This document shows, piece after piece, positions 55,516 to 64,000 of a stretch of DNA of 64,000 nucleotides (positions are counted from its first letter, which is position 1; every line of letters begins with the position of its first letter). The DNA is from Octopus sinensis. Lineage: Eukaryota. A program made the position numbers and the translations under genes. The DNA lies in NCBI RefSeq assembly GCF_006345805.1, contig NC_042999.1, positions 28,086,001-28,150,000 on the forward strand, given 5' to 3'. The notes beneath the pieces are model-generated. The model did no database searches, was not told the origin of the DNA, and saw only the letters and a program-made list of their open reading frames with translations.

Positions 55516-55570
55516 GGCATATGGCGTAGTGGGGGACTACTAACCCCAAGAGTTCGATTCCAGGCAGTGA

Positions 55571-55612
<42 letters not shown>

Positions 55613-55727
55613 CAACAACAGCAACATCGAAAAATACCTTAGGAATGAGAACCCAGGTTCGAAGTTTCCCCAAGACACCTGATGAAGGCTGGAGGGGATA
55701 TCAGCCGTCAAATGTAAATAATGTAAA
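55516..55727 (+). mobile_element. tRNA-like head, (AAT)n, then a truncated hammerhead-like motif
   Basis: A box tggcgtagtgg (55522), B box gagttcgattcc (55550), CTGATGA-a-ggctg/cagcc stem (55679-55706). A related inverted segment lies at 55278-55367. Confidence 0.55.
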
Positions 55728-56103
55728 CAATGTGCTCTTTAATGACTTTACATTTTAACTGTAAGCACATATTCCTTATCAGAAATTCATAGATATTATT
55801 GTTTGATGTAGAATTTGACTAGAACCCCATATTGTTAATATCTTATAAGAAAAGTTTTCAAGCCAGAATAATATCATTTTCATTCAGACAGAATTTCCAT
55901 CGTCAAATTATCCAACAGTTCCTTCCCCTTTTTAGCACTTAGGATATGGTGAGGGAGAAATCTGGTTGTTATTTCTCGCATTTCACTTGAATGTGTAGGA
56001 CGGCGGGTTCCATCCTTAGGCACGCGGATTCTTTATATTTCCTGAGTTATATTCAAGATGTTAAATCTGCAGTGAAGAATACATAAATACTCAGTTATAT
56101 ATA

Positions 56104-56274
56104 GGCGCAGGAGTGGCTGTGTGGTAAGTAGCTTGTTAACCAACCACATGGTTCCGGGTTCAGTCCCACTGCGTGGCATCTTGGGCAAGTGTCTTCTGCT
56201 ATAGCTCCGGACCGACCAATGCCTTGTGAGTGGATTTGGTAGACGGAAACTGAAAGAAGCCTGTCGTATATATG

Positions 56275-56305
<31 letters not shown>

Positions 56306-56482
56306 TTGTGTGTTTGTCCCCCTAGCATTGCATGACAACCAATGCTGGTGTGTTTACGTCCCCGTCACTTAGCGGTTCGGCAAAAGAGACCGATAGAATA
56401 AGTACTGGGCTTACAAAGAATAAGGCGGTGCTCGAGCATGGCCGCAGTCAAATGACTGAAACAAGTAAAAGAGTAAAGAGTA
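56104..56482 (+). mobile_element. Family A SINE, full length
   Basis: Head, CORE-like block, internal (TA)/(TG) tract and gagtaaaa tail; small deletion in the tail. Confidence 0.9.
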
Positions 56483-56943
56483 TATATATTTACTAAGTTA
56501 CATATGATTTTCAATATAAGGATAAAACTGGAACTACGTTTTTGATTATGCTGCAGTAAATAGATATATGATTAGCTACATATGATAGTTCACTTTCTAA
56601 GTTGACGTTCAGAGCTGTTTGAATAAAAAATCTGATAGCCTCAGTTTTGAAAGTTGAGCAAACTGACTGAAAATGTCAACGATGGGAAGAAGGTTTCACT
56701 AGACACGATAGGCCAAATTTCCTTTGCTCACCCACCCTTTCATCGTAGTAACATGATAGAAAATGTTCCCTGCCTTTTCCGGTCAAATAAAGCCAGCGAT
56801 AGATGTTCCCAACGGACTCTGCTCCATACTTGGCATCAAGTATTGGGCACGTAATCTCCACTGTAGTTTCGTTTGACCAATATTGTGTGTGTAGAATTTG
56901 CTTGATTGATGCCAGAAGTTCATAGTACGTGAATTTATATCTA

Positions 56944-58010
56944 TATCTGTGGGCTGGAAAGTTCATAGGCTGGCTATGAAGGAGTCATGCTAGAGTTGCG
57001 AAATCTTGCATGCATTAATTTCAACTCTTCTTATTAATTGCTTTTTTTTTCCTGGTAAACTGACATCTGACTGTTCAAAAGAAGACTTCAAAAGTAACTG
57101 GTAGCAATTTCTCTTGAAATGGAAACAATTTGGCATTGTGGTGTTATCAAATACCTGCTGAAAAACGGTTTAGCTTCCAAGGACATTCATGCTGACATTG
57201 CTGCTGCATTAGGAGATGATGCTCCAGCTTTATCATCAGTGCAAAAGTGTGCAGCTGAAGTTTGGAGGGGAAAGGAAAGTCTTGAAGTTGACCCAGGATC
57301 TGATCTTGGTAAGACAAAGGTTTCGGCTCAGTTGGTGCTGTCTTTTGACACTTGGTCAAAAGTTAAGTTCATTACTTCGAGCCAAAGACAAAGAGACAAT
57401 CCATGGAGTGGAAACATCCCCTTTCACCCGCTTTAAAGAAGTCCAAGGTTGTTTCATCTGCAGGGAAGGTGACGGCCTCAATTTTTTTGGGATGCAAAAG
57501 GCATTGGGTTTATTGAATATTTTCAAAGGGGCTATATCATCAATGAAGTGTTTTATGCCAATTTCCTGAGACAGTTACAAAAGGATACTAAACATCTAGG
57601 AAAATTGACGAAGGAGGTCCTTGTTTCATCAGGACAATGCGCTAGCATACAAGCCCTTGGTTTCAAAGGTTACTGTGCATACTGTGGATTTGATGTGGTT
57701 GATCAGCCTTCCTACTCTCCTTACTTGGTCCCATCCAACTAGCATCTGTTCTTCAACATGAAAGACACTTGGCTGGGAGAAATATCGCTGTGATCATGGC
57801 GTTATATCTACTGTTGATGACGTTTTTGAACAACAGAATATAAGTTTCTTCGCCCACGGAATCCAAGTCCTGCAACACTGATGTAAGAAGTGTGTGGACC
57901 GCAAGGGTGGTGGGGCACTATGTTGAAAAATAAACCCCGTTTGGTCTCATTCCAAGAGAGTGTCTTGGACTATCTTTGTTAGCCCATGAACTTTTCTGCC
58001 GGCCCTCATA
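56944..58010 (+). mobile_element. Decayed mariner element with internal deletion
   Basis: Imperfect TIRs (gggctggaaagttcataggct / agcccatgaacttttctgccggccc); remnants GVIKYL...DIHAD...LGDDAP, FFWD-like, QDNA, DQPSYSPYLVP. Confidence 0.88.
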
Positions 58011-60755
58011 CATATATGTAACACATACAAATGCACACACACACATATATATATATATGTATATATGTATGTATATGAATAATTGTGTTTATGTTACGGT
58101 GTGAGCCAGTGAGTCTTACTGCACTCCTATATGGAAAAAGTATTATTTATTCAACAATAGTCAAAGATAAAGCTATGGAGTTGAACTAAAATATAAAATA
58201 AAACCTCTTTTTGGAGATGTACCAACATGGCCCCAGTGCAGTAATTAGAAGCATTTACAAAATATAAAAATTATAGAATATCCCTATTTAGGAAATTTGT
58301 ATATCGGCTGAGCCATTCACAAAGAAACTGAGATTGCGTAATTAATCCTATCCACAGTCAGAACTATACTACAGCTGATTATCTGAAAATAACAACAGAT
58401 CCATGGATTTAATATTGGTTTCAAATTTTGGCACGAGGCCAGCAATTTCAAGGGAGGGGTTAAGTCGATTACATTGACCTCAGTGGTCAACTGGTACATA
58501 TTTTATCGACCACTAAAGGATGACAGGCAAAGGAATTGAACTCAGAACCTAAAGACGTATGAAATGCCATTAAGCATTTTCCTGCCATGCTAATAATCTA
58601 CGTTATTTTATAGTTCCACTCTTAAGGCAGCGAACAGGTAGAATCGTTACTACGCCACGCAAAATGGTCAGAGGCATTCCGTCAGTCTTTACTGTCTTCA
58701 GCTGGAGTCGATTTTGTCTTTCACCCTTTTGTGGTCGATAAAATAAGTACCAGAAAGAACTGAGGTTGATGTAACCAGCTAGCGCCTTTCTCCAAATTTT
58801 TAGGAAAATTGGAAGCATTGTACCTGTAGCAGAAAGAAATATTATAGTTCTACTCTGTATTTTGATTTACACGGTCTCTCTCGCTTTCTCTCTTTCTCGC
58901 TTTCTCTCTTTCTGGCCTTCCCAAGGCTTTTTGTTAATGATACACGTGTCTGTTCAACACTTTACTACTTGAACTGTAATTCAACGAGTAGATAGTTGAC
59001 TAGATTGAATGGCTGCAATATTTATCGTAGAAACCGACGGAAATCCATTTAATTCTACACACCGACACACACTCACACATACATATACACACGCACTTTC
59101 TCTCTTTCTCATAAACATACACACAATTAGAGAAACACACACATGTCTATATACGAGGCTTTTATGAGAATAAACATATCGATTCATTATTTTCGCTTTC
59201 TTTTTTGAGAGACAGAAATTGGTGTGTGTGTGTGTGTGTGTGTGTGCGTGAGTGCGTGTGTGTGTTCGTGTGAGTGAGTGAATGTTGATCGATATGAGAA
59301 CATAAACTTAGGTCAATGCTGGAAGACCTAAGAAATATTTCTGTATTGACTCTATATAAGTGTTGTTTACGACCACCCGTCCTTTCTCATTAGTCATTGG
59401 TCTAATGACATTAACCAACTACACCAACACTTACCTTTTCTTTACTTTATCCTCCACCTTCCACTTTCTTTATATTTATCTTTTTCTTTCATAAGTCTTT
59501 TTACTTTCTACTTTTTCGTCTTCATTTTACCGTTTATTTTCTCCGTTTTCTTCTCCATTTCTTTATATCTTTGTCTGTTTATCGAAGCTGCGAGTATCAA
59601 CACAGCACTAACTCTGTCATCTGGAAATAAGAATTCTATTTGCCGATTACCTTTGTTGTTGTTGTTTTCGGTTGTGGTAGTAGTGATGATGTTGTTGCCA
59701 TTGCTGCTGAGTCTACATTTCCTACCGATAACCACGAGGATGGTGGTGATTGTGATAAGCGTAGATATATATTTTTATTGTTTTCTTATTGTTGAAGGTA
59801 TTAAAGTTATTGTGAATGCCGTAGTGTGAAATTTGATTTCAAGAAAGTCAATTCGAACATCTTTTCCATCCATTTAAACTTTCCTCTTGACGCCATTTTT
59901 GTTTTACATCCATTTTGTTTCTTTTACAAAATACAGAAAACTAGTGTGCTCTCTCTCTCTCTAACAATTTCATGGACTTCTGCGTAGCTGTTGCTGTTGT
60001 TTTCTTATGCGCACCATGGATATCGAGTAGATTTCTAACTAGAGACATTCCAATAGTGACACTCCTAGATTTGATTCTGGAACTATTTACCATGGACTAT
60101 ATTATGTAAAATGTCCTTATGTCATCAAGACTTCAAGGTGGAATTTTAGAGAAACCTAACTGCTATTTCTCGTTGGTGAAGAAAATACTTAGTGGATCAC
60201 TCATTCTAAGCAGTGAAACAATATTTATTGATACAATGGTGATTATATTTCATAGCTAACAATGCAAGATAATAGTTTCTCTTAGTATCCTCAGCAAGTA
60301 TAATATTAATATCTTTAGTTAACTCTATCTTCTCTCGACCGTAGAGGGCTTATAATGGAAGGTACGTTTTCCGAAATTTTCATGAGACAAAAGACTAGCA
60401 GAACATTTTGTACTTATTTTTTTATTCGCTCTCTCTCTTTTTTTATTACTTCACGTCGATCTGAACGGGCAGACCATATTATCTTTTCGCTTTATATTTA
60501 TTTTAATAAAACAACAAATTCGTTTGACCCTCTTTTCTTTCAGATGCTAGTATTGAATTTATGAGAAATTTGGTATTCATCTCCAGAAGGTTTGTGGTTT
60601 TAAACGTTGTGCATATATCTTCACAAATATTATTTGTGGGTTTCGTTTGAATACTTCCTACTGTTTTGTATGTTTTGTGTATATGTCACCTTATATAGCA
60701 TTTATGTTTTGTGGTTATATTTTGTAATATTCGTTTGTGTTTTATATGCCTGTGT

Positions 60756-60822
<67 letters not shown>

Positions 60823-60924
60823 TGTTGTGTGAATATACATACATACTTACGTACACACAATAAAAAAAGATACGTTTTGTTGTGGAAATCAGCTGCCCCG
60901 CTGTACACGAATGTAGTTAGAGAA

Positions 60925-61375
60925 TACAAACAAAAGGGGACATCTATGAGCCATTGATGATGAGTTTTTATATAGGCATACATACATACATACATATATA
61001 CATACATACATACATGCATACATACATACATACATACATACATGTACATACATACATACACATACATACATACATACAAAATACAAACAAAAGAGGACAA
61101 CTATGAGCCATTGATGAAGAGTTTGTATACATACATACATATATACATACATACATACATGCATGCATGCATGCATGCATACATACATACATAAATACAT
61201 ACATACCTACATAAATACATACATACATACATACATACATACATACACACACATTCATACATACATACATACATACATACATACATACATACATACATAC
61301 ATACATACACACATACATACATACATAAATACATATATACATACATACATACATTCACACATATATACATACAAC
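60925..61375. repeat. (TACA)n tracts with a duplicated ~48-bp spacer (~60925 and ~61080)
   Basis: aatacaaacaaaag.ggaca.ctatgagccattgatga.gagttt occurs twice. Confidence 0.88.
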
Positions 61376-61399
61376 TTTATGGCAATTCTTCACACCGAG

Positions 61400-64000
61400 C
61401 TCTTGAGGGAAAACTAATCATTTTAAAACATGAACTCAGGACAATGAAGGAGAAATTCTGCTATTTCAAGCGAATTTTTGAGCCAGCCAGTATCAATCGC
61501 AAGTTTGCCTCCAGCCCACAAGAATTATACAGAGAGATGAGAAAAAAATATTACCATTAAGAAAGCTCCCTCTCAAGAAGATCTACAATCATTCTGGTCA
61601 AATATTTGGAACAAAAAGAGGGATTTGAACTTGAATTCATCATGGTGAAATACAATTGAGAGAGAATACTGTACCAACACTAACAATAAAATATACGAAA
61701 TTGGTGCAGAAACCTTCGCCATAGCAGTAGGCAAACTGCAGAATGGGAAGGCACCTGGAAGGGACCTAATAGTTGGATATTGATACAAGGAGCTGACATT
61801 TTTTAGAAACCAATTGATATGTATGTTCTAAAGGACTATGGAAGGTCAGACTGATATACCAAATTGGCTTGCTAGAGCAAGGACAAATCTTGTTGCCAAA
61901 AACGAAATCACCAAGATGGCAGGAAATTATAGGCTCATCGCTTGCCTAAACTTTATGTACAAACTACACAAGTTGCCTCAACCAATTCCTCCCGGATCAT
62001 TGTGACTGACGAACAGGCTGGTGAAAAGAAGAGAGTATGGGGATGTGTGCCAAACAACTTTTAATAAACAAAACTATAATGTCTGAAGAAAACAACGCCG
62101 AAGCCTTGTGGCGGTATGGCTTGACTATAAGAAGGCGTTCGACTCTATCCCTCATTCATGGCTGTTGAAGTACCTACATCTGGCAAAGGTACCTACTACC
62201 TTAATTGTTACTATAAAGAGACTCACAAAGGCATGGATAACTATTCTTACTCTTACAACACAGAACAGAATAATGCTTCTAATAGTATAGGCATTACAAA
62301 GGGATATTCCAGGGAGAGTCTTCTACTTCTTTTCATTTTGGCATTGAATCTATTATCGTTCCTACTGCAGAAAACAAATGGTTATATGCTAGGATATTCA
62401 ACTGCCAGAATGTAACTCATAAAAGGCGGCGAGCTGGCAGAAACGTTAGCATGCCGGGCGAAATGCGTAGCCGTATTTTCGTCTGCCGTTACGTTCTGAG
62501 TTCAAATTCCGCCGAGGTCGACTTTGCCTTTCATCCTTTCGGGGTCGATAAATTAAGTACCAGTTACGCACTGGGGTCGATATAATCGACTTAATCTGTT
62601 TGTTTGTCCTTGTTTGTCCTCGCTGTGTTTAGCCCCTTCTGGGTAGTAAAGAAAAAAGTATTTCGTCTGCCGTTACGTTCTGAGTTAAAATTCCGCCGAG
62701 GTCGACTTTGCCTTTCATACTTTCGGGGTCGCTAAATTAAGTACCAGTTATGCACTGGGGTCGATATAATCGACTTAACCTCTTTGTCTGTCCTTGTTTG
62801 TCCCCTCTATGTTTAGCCCCTTGTGGGCAATAAAGAAATAAGAATGTAACTCATAATTTCTTTGTAGCCGACCAACCTAAAGATTTATGCCAAACAACTT
62901 TTAATAAAGAAAGCTGTACTGTCTTGTGTTATCAATGCAAAAAAAATCGGATTTAATAACATTTTCAGCTAATATAGGCATGGAATTTGACCAAAAGAAG
63001 TGCTCATACTTGGTTATTGAACGGGGAAAGTCAGTGCCCCAAACTCAAAACCTGTGCGTCAACGGCCTCTCTATCTCCCTCATTCCACACAATGAATGTT
63101 ACAAGTACCTAGGCATAGACGAAAATGTATCATATGAAGGTACTGTGTATAAAGATAGAGTAACCCGAGAATATTACACCAGACTTAGAAAAATATGCCA
63201 GCCAGAACTCTCCTTTTACAACAAAACAGTTTCCCACAAAACATTTTCAGTACCAGTGCTGATCCCAACATTTGGGATACTTGACTGGTCTGTAGGGGAA
63301 ATCCACTCCATAGATGTCAAATCCCGCAAAATCCTCATACCAACTGGGAATTTCCACAGAAACAGTAATGTTGACAGGATCTACCTAAGAAGAAATAAAG
63401 GTGGTAGAGGCCTGAATTCAGTGCAGACAGCCATCCAATGCCATATAATATCACTAAACAATAGCAGCAAAAATAAATATATTAATGTAGTCCGAAAAGT
63501 GATGTGAGCAACATTGTACGAGTTGGCAGCGATCTCCTCAAGAAACACTCGCTTCCTGATGATCTCCTATACAGTCCCAAAACAGCTGGGCTCTCTTACC
63601 TCAGAGAAGACCTGGATGGAAAGCACACAGCATACAAAAAAAAGCCATGCATGGGTATGTTGCCCGGAAGCTTGAAGAAGAGAGTAGAATTGACACGAAG
63701 AGCAGCCGCTCTTAGAACGAAGACTATACATCACATCACATCACACTTTGAAGGCTTTGCGTTTGCAATCCAGGAACAGGAGATTACCACAAGTACCTGG
63801 CGAACAATAGAGAGAGTGACGCTCTTGTAATCCCAAAGTGCCAACGCACGTGTAGGCTATGTCATGTTTCTGTGGAGGCATTACGCTTGTGATTAGCAGC
63901 TGTCCTAAAATGCCGTAACGGTACTACCTCCCTATGTGGCCCGATGTTGTTGGTAAAACAATTTACAATGCCATCCAACAAAAAAGACTGTCCTGAAATA
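61400..64000 (+). pseudogene. Old R4/Dong-clade LINE (lineage 3), many stops, running off the window
   Basis: GKAPGRDLIVGY, NYRLIACLN.MYKL, AVWLDYKKAFDSIPHSWL, YKYLGIDE, GGRGL, FEGFAFAIQEQEI. Confidence 0.9.
62423..62840 (+). mobile_element. Dimeric SINE (family C) with a 16-bp TSD, inserted in the LINE
   Basis: TSD agaatgtaactcataa at 62407-62422 and 62841-62856; head ggcggcgagctggcagaaacgttagc; B box gagttcaaattcc; two tandem bodies. Confidence 0.93.

Noticed and set aside
59508-59735. 75-aa ORF as a host exon
   Set aside because: Low complexity, with no domain or splice evidence.

Overview
AT-rich eukaryotic DNA saturated with repeats. The SINE families and microsatellite load match what I recognise from octopus genomes; this is recognition, not a database result. 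I can support no host protein-coding exon, and nearly all ORFs in the supplied track are microsatellite artefacts or decayed transposon frames. The real coding remnants are: (1) at least six copies or fragments of R4/Dong-clade non-LTR retrotransposons (RT plus CCHC zinc knuckle plus restriction-like endonuclease), the three with intact 3' ends terminating in (AAT)n tracts, one with an uninterrupted 519-aa C-terminal ORF; (2) an RTE-type RT fragment; (3) two Penelope-like fragments; (4) three decayed mariner elements and one Tc1 remnant. Non-coding mobile DNA includes at least four tRNA-derived SINE families, non-autonomous Helitrons, a 421-423 bp MITE pair carrying (CCCTAA)n, a near-perfect 215-bp hairpin inside (TA)n, a 1.07-kb tandem duplication and a decayed ~14-bp satellite. 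The most notable signals are a 319-bp highly structured insert with a minimal type I hammerhead ribozyme motif (retrozyme-like), several other hammerhead-like remnants (one behind a tRNA-like head), and a stack of co-oriented retroelements inserted into TAA microsatellites, including an unidentified non-coding partner element. Frequent 1-bp indels in (TA)n tracts suggest long-read errors, so some frameshifts may be artefactual.
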